DNA of 64,000 nt from an uncultured virus (IMG/VR IMGVR_UViG_3300035208_003515) (IMGVR_UViG_3300035208_003515), one strand, 5' to 3'; positions 10,301 through 21,610 are shown, counted from the stretch's first letter. Numbers and translations: made by a program. Notes: generated by a model from the letters alone, not told the origin.

Positions 10301-11798
10301 AGGGTTGGTACAGACTATCCAACTTATGACGTGACCTTCGGCATCTTTGATTTCTATGGGGTTTTTAAAATCTGAGGCTATCCCCATGAATACTGATTGA
10401 AGTAATTTACCACACTTAGGGCACTTCATTTCAATGCACTCCTTAACCACTCAATAGTGGCATCTACAATATCCTGTGGTAATACACTCCCGTGTTCAGA
10501 AGCAAGTAAATCGCAGACACATTTTACTGCAACTTGGCGCTCAATACTTGCATCTTTAGGATTCTTTGGTGCAGGCTGGCTTAATTCTGCCATTTTATCC
10601 ATTGTTAAGTCGTAGCAGCGGTCAAAGTCTTTGACGTATGTAGTAACTTCGTTTCCTTTTTGGAATGTATCCATAATGAGTCTCACTGCTACTCCAGGTT
10701 GCAACAATCCCCACTTGGCTTCTAACCGTTCCCCGATCTTAAAATCCTCACCGGACTTAGTAATTATCACCTTGTATTTCTTGGTTTTGCCACCGGATGC
10801 CCACTCGTCATCCTCTACACGGTCTATTACTGCTATTATCTCGTTATTCTGCATCTTACCTGCCTTCGGCCTTTGCTATCACCTTTAATCTGCTTTCTCT
10901 TTCAGTACAAGATGTACAGTTCTCGTGTTGTGGATTAAGACGGACGCACAGTTCACAAATCAATGTATCTGCCTCTTTAAGTGCCTCATACATATCAGGA
11001 GCAGCAGCAGCCAATTTTGCGTTAGATATCAGTACATCCTCTTTTGTGCGGTCACCATTGTCAGTATTCCCTGATTGGAAGCCAGCATAAAAGATGTTAG
11101 TGCCTTTTCTGTTAAGCGCATAAACTGTTGCACTGTCAGATTTCCATTCACTTTTCGTGTATTCCATTTTTCACCTCACAAAACTTATTTGATCTGTATG
11201 CATCATCCATTCGTTGGCTGCTCGTCTAACATCTAAAATAGGGGCTTTTACTGAGAAGTAGGCTACTCTATGTCCGTTCCTGGTCTGCAAGGAAAGAATA
11301 TCATCCCTGATCTGTACCAGTTTTAATCCGGCCTTGTGATGCTGTGGTTGGAGTGCTCCATCTAAAATTGCCTGTCTCATTTCTTAATCTCCATTCCACA
11401 GTATTCGCAGAATGAATTGATTGGCGCTTGCTCCTTGCCGCATTTCAGGCAAGTAGGGTAGTTTTTAAGCTCAGTGCCATCTTTCCAACAGAACCTGACT
11501 TCTGCATCTCCACTTATGTGGCGGCATGTTGGGCAGTATTTCATTTTGCCTCCCTCTCCTTCTTATCCTGAGCAGATTTATAGCCCTGACACTTGGCAAC
11601 ATTCTCAGGATCGGGTGATTTTATTACCTTGCACTTGACTTCATCGTGTGTGGCAAACTGTAGGTCATTGAGTACCATATCAGTTGCCCGTTCATCATCC
11701 AACTCAAACCCATCTGCTACCCACACTTTGTCTACCGTGATTTCGACTGTCCATTTAAACTTTGCCATTTTGCATCCTCCTACTATCTTAGTAACTAA

Positions 11799-11827
11799 AC
11801 TATAATGACTTACTAACCACTTGTCAA
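11799..11827 (-). promoter_or_regulatory. sigma70 promoter (leftward)
   Basis: TTGACA-17-TATAGT on minus strand, upstream of GGAGG-ATG at 11768. Confidence 0.75.
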
Positions 11828-11857
11828 GTTTGTATCTATGGTAATCGTAAAAATGTA

Positions 11858-13465
11858 CTATTGTAAAGATATTTCCGTTGACTGTAGTAAAGATTTTGGA
11901 GTTAAAGTTTCTTTCTGTAATATGCTTATATCCAGTGCAGTAGAGGTATATTGCTTTAATAAATCCGATCCCTTTACAGGATAGTCAGAGTACATACGCT
12001 TAACTTCGTTCAAAACCACCGCCCGTTCCGACATTTCAAGTTCACCCAGTTTATCCAATTTGTGATTTTTTAGAGCATTGCCGATTGTAACCGGCGCTAA
12101 CCTGGTCATTGTATAATCTGCGGCCTCTGGATTTGCTTCGATTTGGGATTTTAGCCAGTCGTAGGTTAAAGCGAAAGCGCCTTTGCCTTCTTTGCCTTGA
12201 ATACAACCTATGCCTGAGCTTACTATAAAGGCCGGTGCTGTCATATTTAATCGCCAATCCCCCATTTTATCTGAGGTTTGGACAGGGATTTCACGGGAAA
12301 ACTTCAATCCGTCCACTTCGATTGATAAAAGGGCATCTTCAGCGTGGTTGGAGATTACAAAATTAGCGACCTGTAGTTTAGTTTGATCTTGTACCCAGCA
12401 GTACCAGGGGAGATTGTAGAGCTTGCCCTCTTTGGTATCATCCCCATTGCCGAAGGTTTCAATGAGTTTACCGGTGAGGCCGACTAAAATGCGTTTGATT
12501 ACCTCCCGCTCAAATCCCTTCAAATATTGCTTCCACTCAAAAAGCCTTTCAACGTGCTCACGCAGCGGGTAGACTAAATCCCCATCAGGTTTCCAGTACC
12601 AGGCATCGGTAATCTTGAAGCGACCTTCGCCGTTATCGTAAAGTTCCCGAATGTGAGCGTTGGTCAGGTAATCAGGGCGTTCGCCTACGGGTGTGTAGTC
12701 TATGGTTTGGCTTTCACTGTCTTTATGGGTATAGATGACTGAGTTGAAGTTTCTTTCAACATCTACTACCCCTCTACAGAAGCCATAAGGTACTTTGGAA
12801 GGGGAGTAGAATTTATCACTCTTAAACCACGTCCCATATCGGGTGTCTATTAAATTCGCTGTGTGGTAGGAGAAGGCAGAGTTTACATCATAATCGTAGG
12901 TCTCGAAGTGCCCTCGTTGATGCGCCTCCATCCAACCACCATGTAGACATTTATGAGCATAGTATTGTGCTTCTGGAGGAATATCAATAGGTTTCGGAAG
13001 GTCTAAAGTAGTTAAAATCTCTTTCTGGTAGGCCGCTATGGGGCTTGACAGTGTAGCCGGATGAAGCTCAAGGCGTGATAGCACATCATAAACCCGTTGT
13101 CCTATCTCTTGGGCTTTACGGGCAGCATCCATAGAGTCAACTTCAAAGGGAAGTGAGGGATCGTATTGTGAAATATCCGAAAACTCCGCTGATTTTCCGA
13201 GTTTTATTGACAAGTAGCGGTGTCTCACGAAAAATATTGTGTAGTTATTGACAAACAACGATCCCGACTTCCAAAACTTCTGTAACTGATCTTCTGGGAC
13301 TTTCAACAGAAAACATAGGCGTGCCATTGCCCAATCCAGGTTGTAGAAAACTCTCAAAGTTTCAGGGCGGTCTTTAAGTAAAAATTCCAGATAATCTTGA
13401 TCTTCAAATGTGCCATCAGAGCAGGTCAAGATTTGACCTTGCAGGTGGAATCCGAGCACTCGCAT
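11858..13465 (-). CDS. Divergent family B DNA polymerase
   Basis: Motif A YDYDVNSAF, motif B-like KRILVGLTGK, motif C-like SIEVDG, upstream GGWME; exonuclease acidic residues not evident. Confidence 0.75.
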   Translation of the reverse strand: MRVLGFHLQGQILTCSDGTFEDQDYLEFLLKDRPETLRVFYNLDWAMARLCFLLKVPEDQLQKFWKSGSLFVNNYTIFFVRHRYLSIKLGKSAEFSDISQYDPSLPFEVDSMDAARKAQEIGQRVYDVLSRLELHPATLSSPIAAYQKEILTTLDLPKPIDIPPEAQYYAHKCLHGGWMEAHQRGHFETYDYDVNSAFSYHTANLIDTRYGTWFKSDKFYSPSKVPYGFCRGVVDVERNFNSVIYTHKDSESQTIDYTPVGERPDYLTNAHIRELYDNGEGRFKITDAWYWKPDGDLVYPLREHVERLFEWKQYLKGFEREVIKRILVGLTGKLIETFGNGDDTKEGKLYNLPWYCWVQDQTKLQVANFVISNHAEDALLSIEVDGLKFSREIPVQTSDKMGDWRLNMTAPAFIVSSGIGCIQGKEGKGAFALTYDWLKSQIEANPEAADYTMTRLAPVTIGNALKNHKLDKLGELEMSERAVVLNEVKRMYSDYPVKGSDLLKQYTSTALDISILQKETLTPKSLLQSTEISLQ

Positions 13466-13486
13466 CCGTGCCTCCTTATTTTCTGT

Positions 13487-14629
13487 TTAATTTGGCGTGA
13501 TAAGCAGTTTATAGCAAGGCAACAAGTTATTAGCGACAACCATTTTCTCGCTATTCATAATAATCCTGAAGTGTGCTATCCAGTAATCTCTATGAGTCCC
13601 AGTCTTTGCATGGCATGACCTACATAGAGTGATAAGGTTCTGTGGGTCGCAGTTGCGTTTATTATAATCAATGTGGTGGACACATAACTTAAGCGTACTG
13701 CTACATGAGTAGCAACAGTTACCATCTCTGCTTTTAATAGACTTCTTTAGCCATCTGTTGAAATCAGGTGTATAGTATTGGGCATCCCTACCGCCTCGCC
13801 AACATGGATTATTTGCCCCTGATCTTTTTTCATGGAATCCAGGCTTCCTCCACATTTGTTTACTAGATTTGCTCAGTTTTAGTTTGGTATCAGCAGAAAC
13901 TATTCTGCCTTTACAAGCCTGTCCTACTTTAAGTTTATGTTCGGTAGAAAGTTTTCGGCCTGTAAGCGCTTGGCTAATTTTTTGTCTACTTTCAATAGTG
14001 CGATGGCTACCTTTGTTGTTTTCTTGCATCTCTATTAGCTTCTCTAAAGACTTTGCGGAAAGTGGTTTTCCTTTTTTGCCTAAGCTTATTTTGAGTCTAG
14101 CTTCGGCAGTATGGCATACCCCTTTCTTGGCTATACTTATCTGCATCCGTTTCTTTGGAGTTCTATTTGCCTCAGCTATTTTCGCTTTGTGTTCAGCAGA
14201 GAGTGACACACCTTTATGTGCTTGGCTCATTTTCAGTCTAAATTCAGGTGTTCTACGTAATGCCACGTGATTTGCTCTACGTTTAGCGGTAAAAGGTACT
14301 CCTTTATGGTTCTGACTGAGTTTCAATTTAGTTTCAGCAGTATGAGGATGCCCAGGCTTTCCTGTCTTTGATAGACTTATCTTTAGTTTAGTTTCAATGG
14401 AATGGTGTGTACCTCTCCTCGCTTCCTGTGCCTTTCTTAGTGCAGCCATTGAATTTTCAGAAGCTGGTTTACCTTTTTGGGCTTGGCTCATATGGAGTTT
14501 GGCTTCATCCGAAAGCGACTTACCTTTCTTTGCTAAACTTATCTTCAACTTAGTTTCAGCAGAACGTGGTATGCCAATCTTCGATTGGCTAATGTGTAAT
14601 CTGTGCTCAGCAGATAGTATTCTCTTCAA
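13487..14629 (-). CDS. Homing endonuclease with many NUMOD3 repeats and C-terminal HNH
   Basis: Repeated (H/R)(S/T)xETKLK(I/L)S units; RDGNCCYSC...VHHIDYNKRNCDPQNLITLCRSCH. Confidence 0.9.
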   Translation of the reverse strand: MKRILSAEHRLHISQSKIGIPRSAETKLKISLAKKGKSLSDEAKLHMSQAQKGKPASENSMAALRKAQEARRGTHHSIETKLKISLSKTGKPGHPHTAETKLKLSQNHKGVPFTAKRRANHVALRRTPEFRLKMSQAHKGVSLSAEHKAKIAEANRTPKKRMQISIAKKGVCHTAEARLKISLGKKGKPLSAKSLEKLIEMQENNKGSHRTIESRQKISQALTGRKLSTEHKLKVGQACKGRIVSADTKLKLSKSSKQMWRKPGFHEKRSGANNPCWRGGRDAQYYTPDFNRWLKKSIKSRDGNCCYSCSSTLKLCVHHIDYNKRNCDPQNLITLCRSCHAKTGTHRDYWIAHFRIIMNSEKMVVANNLLPCYKLLITPN

Positions 14630-14640
14630 TTAATATCCTA

Positions 14641-17600
14641 TTAATCTGGTCTATGTGGTATATTGCGAGGCATTACAGTAGGCTTAATGCCACGAGAATA
14701 GCTACCGCCTAGCGAAGCTCTGACCCTAGCTAATTTTAGGAGCCTCCGAGCCAAAGAATTATCGGTCTCCCTCTTTCCCCGAATCCCTACACTTTGCTCA
14801 ATTTGGAGCATATCAAATGCGCTTCGCTTACTCCGATGCTTTTCACTGTAGTAACTGCCGATTAGATAGGCTATCCTGCGGTCATTCCACCCCGCTTCTT
14901 TGAGACTTTTAACCCTGCGTATTCTGTTACGAATCATGTCCTGGAAATTTGAAGCGTTGAAATTCAAATCCTGTTGCGTTCCGTCTATGGCTACAGCCTT
15001 GTCAAAGTCCTCTATCTCACGGGGAATGAAACCTGATCGGCGTAGGATGTCCTTTTCTTTCGGAGTGAGTGCGCCCATTATTTAATCATCCAACTAAATC
15101 CGATTTTAAATCCAGTCTTAGCTAGCATTGTATCTACTACAGCAGTAAAAAGTGGGCTATCCTTAATACCGTAAACACAAAAGAAATGAGGCAGTATTTG
15201 GTTAGCTGGCATTTTGGTTTCGGAAATACGGGAAACCCAATGGTCAACCAACTCATCAAATGTCCATAGTGTGAACGGATACTTTAAATAGTGTTTTCTT
15301 TGCCTCATTTCACCCTCGCCAGTTTAAAGTCCTCTTCATCCGCTTCTTTAAGTAGATAACCAATGAACTTTTCTACCTCTGGTACTGTAACCTCCCCTAC
15401 TCCAAGTATATTCTCAAAGTTGGGCAGGGTTAGATACTGGTCTATAATTTCCTTTGGAAGAGGCAGCCGGTCATTATCAGCAAGGAATTGTGAGATATCT
15501 TTAATAGCCACTTCACCTATAAATTCCATTACTGAAGTACGTCCTGTGGTTTTATCACGGATGATGGAGTGGAGAGTTCTTAATTCTACTTCGGTCATTA
15601 GAATTTACCTATACCTGGTATAGTAATCGAATGTCCCTGAGACTTCATAATCATAATATACACGAAATATAAAGCTATCGCTGCTAATATTATACTAAAT
15701 ATGATGCCCTTCTGCTTGTACCACGGCGGCTTTACCTTTGGCTCAGGCTCCTCAATAACAGGCTTCGACCTTTTAGTAAATGTAGGTACGTTGGGATTTA
15801 CTGGCTCTTCTACCGGCGCAGGATAAATATTCTGCGGTTGTGAATATTGTTGCTGGACATACGACTGTGAAGATTGCTGGTAGTTTTGTATAAGGAACTG
15901 GTAGGGATTAGGTTGAGTCTGGGGATTCCAGTTCACAAGTTCAGGAAAAGCAGTTAAGACTTTATTCGTCATATTTACTAACCATATGGTAGTCTCATAT
16001 AGTTCAAACATCTGCTTCTGATAATCAATGGCAGTGGTCTTTTTCGGTTGGAGCTGTTCCTGTGGCTCTTCTGTGGGCATCTGCATACTCATAAACTCTA
16101 CTCACTTCTTATTGATGAGCTTTTCAATTCGCTCTAAATGGTATCCTATGAAAAAGTATAGTGAAAAAATCAATGCTAAAAGTGCCCAGTCGTGCATGTT
16201 AAAAATCATCCATAACTCAGCAGCTATTGCCAGTAACACGATTGATACTATTAGTGGTATGTACTTCATTCTGTCACCTCGTCATAAATTTCTTTAACTT
16301 CAACCACAGTCCACCAAAGCTACCCTTAATTTTTTCCTGCAACTTAGGATTACGCTTATAGGCTGTGTAAAAGACTACTCCTAAGACAACTAAGACAGGG
16401 ATAGATATATACCAGAAATATACGGCAGCATATACTACGGCTGCACAGGCCATAATTATAATAGCAGGACGGTTATTTTCTTTTTGCTCAGTCATCACAA
16501 ACATCCTCACATTCCCATGCCTTGACCTGTTCAAGCAGGCCGATTACTTCTAAACCGTTAAGCCCTGCTACTTTCCATGCGATTTTACCATCGTGATCCT
16601 GTGTAATAACTAATATACCATCTACATTGGCCTTGTCTTTGATAACATCGTTCAATAGAGAATTGATTTCATTTTGTCCTAATAGATCGCTAACTGTGAT
16701 CTTCTTGGATTTGGGGAGTTTAAAGACACGCTGCTTCATGCAAATACCTCCGTCAATTTTTTCTCAATCTCAGGCCAGGTCTCAGCACCTTCAATAATAA
16801 TCTGTGTAGGATAGAGATCAGAGGGTCGATAGTGTACTACATAGCCCTTCTTTTCTATCGCTGACTTTATTTTAGCATAGTCAAGGCCAGCGACATTGCG
16901 CTCTAACTCTATGTTAAGGATTAACAACATGGCGATCTCACAATGTTATAACATAGTGGCAACCAGCATCTAATTTGTAATCATTGTAGAAAGTAATAGT
17001 GATATAAGTCGTGTTGCCAACGTGGTTCAATTGTTGTGTGTATAGGGTCTGGTCTAAAATGATAAGTCTGCCTTTTGTTGAATGAGACGTACAGGCAAGG
17101 TTAGAGCACACACATATAAATAACGCTACTATTCCAAGATATATAAGTATATCAAATAAAATGTCTGTTTTTATCCCTTTTACCATTTTATCCTCCAATG
17201 TGCATTATTCGTTGTCCTTATAGCGAATATAAGCAACGTGGTATCTCCGATATTAGAACTTCCCTGTTCCGATACTAAAAGATATGCAAGATAGTAAGAA
17301 AACAAACAAGTAGACAGACAGTGAAATTCTATTAATAGTCGAATACATTGCAGAGTATTCGGGGAATTTGCGGAATGTGATGATTACGCCACTTACAAAG
17401 CCTAATGCTGCAAGTACAATAGGGATAAGATTAACTTGCTCATTACTAAATATGATCTGCCCAATAATACTTGATAGAAATACGGTAGTGAACCCTGCCA
17501 AGCCATTAAAGAATCCAACAAATAAAAATCCTCCAATCCCCAATTTGTCATTTCCATCGTCTGCTATATTGTGCATTGTATAGTTCCTCCTGTTTTGCGC

Positions 17601-18524
17601 TCTGACTTTATATCAAGGATGAGCAACATTCAACAATTCCTGCCTTTCCTTCGATTCAATGTAGTCTGCCGTTACAGCTATTAAGATACCAAAATCCTCT
17701 GGCATATGTGAGAAGAATAAACCAAATTTAGGGTCAATCTTTCTTGCTCGTGCGATAATAATAGGAACATCCTGTTCTGTTAATTTCATAAATCCCTCCT
17801 AATTGTCTTTTCTGCTTTTATATCAAGGATTAACAGCATGGCGCATACCTTTCCAATTTTGCAACAATGCGTTCTTTATTTCTAAGCCAGTTCCTTATTT
17901 GATTTACTGAGATATGGGAGTACCACCTGGAAATCTGGTCAATGCTCATACCGCTATCATAACATACTAAGACATTTTGGATTATGTCACTTTTAAAGAT
18001 CAACCCTTTTTCTTTCGGCTTCAACTCATGTATGCAATCATTGAAAGGGCAATTTATGGTACAGTAAGATTGAGTAAAAGTCCCATTCCTTTCTGACAAA
18101 TAGGTGGTTACTTCTTGGCATCCCTTATGTTGTATATAGCCATTGATTGTAGCTTCACAACATCCTTCTACCATTAATGGCCTCCTTAACTAAATATTAG
18201 CGGTTCACCCAGAGCAGAAAGCAACTCCATGTCTTTAGCCAACATGACAAGCTGTTTCTTATCGTAGTCATCGTCCCAGTTTTCTACGAGTTCCAGTATC
18301 CGCTTAGACAGTATTCCACAGGTATTAGAATCAATTTCACCTTCACAATCACTGTGATCTAAGAACGGAATGATGGGGTCTTTGAAACTATCCCAGGATT
18401 TATTACCACCAAAGCCCTGCATTTCACATAAACGGATACCGATGTCATTTGCCAAGCGGTCACGCATCCTATTGAAACCACTGTATGACCAATGTGCATT
18501 TGAGCCTATGAAATCTAATCCCAC
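14641..18524 (-). other. Second array of small hypothetical ORFs, several with TM helices
   Basis: 14641-15078, 15078-15308, 15305-15598, 15598-16092, 16274-16534, 16488-16739, 16736-16930, 17253-17576, 17613-17789 (not in track), 17830-18174, 18186-18524. Confidence 0.7.
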
Positions 18525-18540
18525 ATTGCCTCCTTTTTTA

Positions 18541-18833
18541 CTTTAACTACTGAATAGTCCGGAGATATTACACCGCTGGATACACAAGCTCGCTCCGAGG
18601 GCTGAGTCGCTGGCTTTTAAGTCCCCGCAGAGACTACAGATTGGTTACTGCACCCCAGATGTGGCTGCCTCTATCTCGTAGAGCCTGCAAACTCGCTTTT
18701 CACTATTCTGCCGAAACAGAGTCCGAAATAGCCGTGAAGCCTACGGATTCTTTTCGCTACTCAGGTCTGCCACAGGATACGCCGTCTTGCCAACACCAGT
18801 TACTCTTTACTCCGGCCTATTCAGTTGTTAAAG
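18541..18833 (-). ncRNA. Unassigned ~290-nt structured RNA or 5' leader
   Basis: 24-bp terminal stem with 2 mismatches (CTTTAACAACTGAATAGGCCGGAG / CTCCGGACTATTCAGTAGTTAAAG); internal UUCG- and GAGA-containing hairpins; GC-richer than flanks; directly downstream of a promoter. Confidence 0.7.
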
Positions 18834-18850
18834 TTCCTTACTTACTAAGT

Positions 18851-18879
18851 ATAATAAACTAATTATCTGTGTTTGTCAA
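18851..18879 (-). promoter_or_regulatory. sigma70 promoter driving the structured RNA and leftward operon
   Basis: TTGACA-17-TATTAT on minus strand. Confidence 0.75.
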
Positions 18880-18891
18880 GTATCTATCAAT

Positions 18892-18925
18892 AACTATTGA
18901 CACATAATTAAGGTTTAGTTATTAT
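18892..18925 (+). promoter_or_regulatory. sigma70 promoter with AACTA-TTGAC motif
   Basis: AACTA-TTGACA-17-TATTAT. Confidence 0.75.
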
Positions 18926-18951
18926 AAAATCACAATTAATAGGAGTACATA

Positions 18952-19125
18952 ATGGGAGCAATAGAAAAGCGTGGTAGTATTATACTCTGTACCTGTCAAT
19001 TAGACAGATGCAAGCACCAGTGGGCATCCCGCAGGAAGGTAGATGGTGAACCAGAGAAGCCCATCGTCTGCCCTAAATGCCATAGCCCTTACTGGTATAT
19101 AGAGAAAAAAGAGGTGAAAGAATGA
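18952..19125 (+). CDS. Small zinc-ribbon protein (57 aa)
   Basis: Not in ORF track; AGGAG RBS; C..CKHQW...PIVCPKCHSPYW. Confidence 0.7.
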   Translation: MGAIEKRGSIILCTCQLDRCKHQWASRRKVDGEPEKPIVCPKCHSPYWYIEKKEVKE

Positions 19126-19418
19126 AAACTATTGAAATTACCTTGATGGATGCCAAGATACGTATATTGCGGATAGAGACTGCGGGGGTATTTATGCTGA
19201 TGATGTGCGTGATTATGGTAATTATGCTCAAAGTCGCTCCACTCGAAGGCATTATGCTGATACTTATTGGCATAGCGATAGGGGTTATGGCACTAACTGC
19301 CGTGTCAATCATGGGGATTTCAGTGTTCTGTAAGTCGGAGATCAAAGAACTAAATATATGGAATTGGCCGATCAAAAAATACGTACTCAAAGTGGAGGCT
19401 AAAGATGGCAAAGACTAA
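19122..19418 (+). CDS. Two-TM membrane protein
   Basis: Two hydrophobic segments. Confidence 0.65.
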   Translation: MKTIEITLMDAKIRILRIETAGVFMLMMCVIMVIMLKVAPLEGIMLILIGIAIGVMALTAVSIMGISVFCKSEIKELNIWNWPIKKYVLKVEAKDGKD

Positions 19419-19785
19419 TAAAGAGATTTTAGACGAAATGGATACAAAGTCTGCAAGGGAACATGAAGAGTGGATAAGGAAAGTCACAAAGCACGAAATT
19501 AAATGGATGGCAATTCGGTTTTTAATTGGCGTAGCCAATGGTATATTTTGTGGTGGTATTGTAGCACTGCTCACTATCATACTCATTAACACATATGTTG
19601 AGATAGCGAAGATACTCGGTGCAACCAATTGGCTATTGGTAAGTGTGCTTGTTGTAGGATTGCTTTGCATAGCCAAACTGATGATTCTTTATTTCGGAAG
19701 CAAATTTCAACTCATCAACTATGATGCTAAAACACCATTATTCATAGATAAAGTAGACAAAAAAACGGAGGCTAAAGATGAATAA
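19405..19785 (+). CDS. Two-TM membrane protein
   Basis: Two hydrophobic segments; GGAGG RBS. Confidence 0.65.
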   Translation: MAKTNKEILDEMDTKSAREHEEWIRKVTKHEIKWMAIRFLIGVANGIFCGGIVALLTIILINTYVEIAKILGATNWLLVSVLVVGLLCIAKLMILYFGSKFQLINYDAKTPLFIDKVDKKTEAKDE

Positions 19786-20602
19786 ACTCTGGTTACTACT
19801 CTTAATTCCTTTACTTCTCACTGGTTTTGCCTGTGTAGGAAATGATGACACGGCAGCGGCAGATTCACTTGCTTCAAAGTTGGCTGCAATGCAGGCTACC
19901 ATACTTCAACATACGGCGGTCATCGATTCCTTAAAATCCGACATAAATCAAAAGGCCTCCAAATCTGAGATAGATGATCTCAATAGAAAAATAAACAATC
20001 TACCCCAGGGTGGCACTTCCTCTGATGTCTACACAAAGGCACAGGTCAATGAGGAAATAAACAAGGCTATTAAGGCACTAAAAGAAGACACTGACCAGTC
20101 GTGGATAAAGAAGACCACAACTACTACGACCACTACAACTGGTACTATATCTGATTATGCTAAACTCATGGATTCAGACGGTGAACTTGAACTATGGTTA
20201 GAGTGGACAGACCCAGACCGTGACGATATAAGGTTCTCTTCTAATTCGGTAGATTTCCAGGTCGCAGTTAAAAATAAGAGTGATAGCACCTGTAAATATA
20301 CAATAGAAATGCGGTTCACTCCTGATGTGGAAGTAGCAGTAAGTTCTTTATCTACGGATGCTACTCAGATACCCAACCCTAACGGTAGCCCTTCTACTAT
20401 CACCGAAAGACCGGATATGGGCACATGGACTATGGAAGGGGCAAGATATCCAGATGGGAGCAAGAGTGCGATTACTCTTGTCTCAGCAGAAGGTAGAATA
20501 TCCCGCAATGCCATAGATAAATATACCATCACCTTGAGACTATCAGAGGGAACACAGAAAGCATACTGGTCAAGAAAATTCTACATTGCAGAAATAGACT
20601 AA
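19778..20602 (+). CDS. Putative lipoprotein with coiled coil and Thr linker
   Basis: Signal peptide with lipobox-like GFA-C; poly-Thr; beta-rich C-terminus. Confidence 0.7.
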   Translation: MNKLWLLLLIPLLLTGFACVGNDDTAAADSLASKLAAMQATILQHTAVIDSLKSDINQKASKSEIDDLNRKINNLPQGGTSSDVYTKAQVNEEINKAIKALKEDTDQSWIKKTTTTTTTTTGTISDYAKLMDSDGELELWLEWTDPDRDDIRFSSNSVDFQVAVKNKSDSTCKYTIEMRFTPDVEVAVSSLSTDATQIPNPNGSPSTITERPDMGTWTMEGARYPDGSKSAITLVSAEGRISRNAIDKYTITLRLSEGTQKAYWSRKFYIAEID

Positions 20603-20689
20603 ATTGCCCCGTCAACTCAAGAATAAATACAAGTGGTATATAAGACAGATACTCGTCTACTCTTGTATGCCATTTAGAAAATTTATAAA

Positions 20690-21610
20690 TTGGATACTAT
20701 GGAAATAAAAACCTGTTCTAAATGTAATCAAGAGCTGCCGGTGGAGGCCTTTCGTAAGAAGAAAGGTTGCAAATACGGAGTTGCTGCTGTTTGCAAATCT
20801 TGTCTTAATGCTGTGGTAAATGAATGTCATTATGGGGAAGGGATTACAAAAGTCTGTAGTACCTGTAAACAAGAATTACCATTAGAGCAGTTCAGTAGGC
20901 ATATCCGCATGAAAGATGGCGTTAGGGCACGATGTAAAGGGTGTGAGGCTAAACGTAGTGCTGTTTATGACAAAACAAAGCAAGGGAAATCTCGTTTTGA
21001 GCGCTTTAGAAAAACAGAAAAGGCAGAAGCTATAAGGCAGCGTTATCAAGGTAGCCCAAAGCAAAAAGCGTGTAAAAAGAGACACGAAAAAACTCCTAAA
21101 TGCAAAGCTACAAGGGATGCATACAGGGCTTCACCAGAAGGTGCTGCTAAAACTAAAGCCACAAATCAGAAGCATAAGAAAACTGAAAGACACAGGATTA
21201 CTACACACCTTTATAATCAAAAACGCAGTAAAATAGCGGGTGTCCGGTTAGATGCAGCCATACGAAGTGGCATATGGTTAGGGTTAAAAGGTAAAAAGAA
21301 TGGGCGTAAATGGGAATCACTCGCAGGGTATACTCTTAAAGAATTAATGGATCATATCGAGAACTTATTCCAACCAGGGATGACTTGGGATAATTATGGA
21401 ACGTGGCATCTCGATCACGTGATCCCAAGAGTGGCATTTTTCTATACAGAGGCCGAGGACAATGATTTCAAGCGATGTTGGGCGTTAGATAACCTACAAC
21501 CGTTATGGTGGCAGGATAATTGTAGGAAGCATTCTAAAATCATTAAACCATTCCAACCTACACTTGATTTACTGTTTAAGAGCAAACATTCACTTGACAA
21601 GATTAACTAA
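20690..21610 (+). CDS. Free-standing HNH homing endonuclease with tandem Cys4 zinc fingers
   Basis: KTCSKC..CKSC, KVCSTC..CKGC; GMTWDNYGTWHLDHVIP...NLQPLWWQDN. Confidence 0.88.
   Translation: MDTMEIKTCSKCNQELPVEAFRKKKGCKYGVAAVCKSCLNAVVNECHYGEGITKVCSTCKQELPLEQFSRHIRMKDGVRARCKGCEAKRSAVYDKTKQGKSRFERFRKTEKAEAIRQRYQGSPKQKACKKRHEKTPKCKATRDAYRASPEGAAKTKATNQKHKKTERHRITTHLYNQKRSKIAGVRLDAAIRSGIWLGLKGKKNGRKWESLAGYTLKELMDHIENLFQPGMTWDNYGTWHLDHVIPRVAFFYTEAEDNDFKRCWALDNLQPLWWQDNCRKHSKIIKPFQPTLDLLFKSKHSLDKIN

Larger units (their letters stand above)
5097..11768 (-). other. Tightly packed array of ~25 small hypothetical ORFs, many Cys-rich
   Basis: Contiguous minus-strand ORFs with GGAGG RBS and overlapping stop/start codons (e.g. 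5097-5288, 5298-5633, 6527-6871, 7392-7652, 7649-7921, 8670-9014, 9195-9539, 9854-10231, 10426-10854, 10856-11167, 11541-11768). Confidence 0.75.

Noticed and set aside
13487..14629. NUMOD3-HNH gene as part of an intron in the polymerase gene
   Set aside because: It has its own stop, the polymerase has its own AAGGAGG RBS, and the short flanks leave no room for intron core elements; treated as free-standing.
18541..18640. Plus-strand ATAGTCC (18554) and CAGAGACTACA (18628) resembling group I intron S and R elements in permuted order
   Set aside because: Wrong order, no P3/P4 found; the promoter and G-U wobble pairs favour the minus strand, where both words are parts of ordinary stems.
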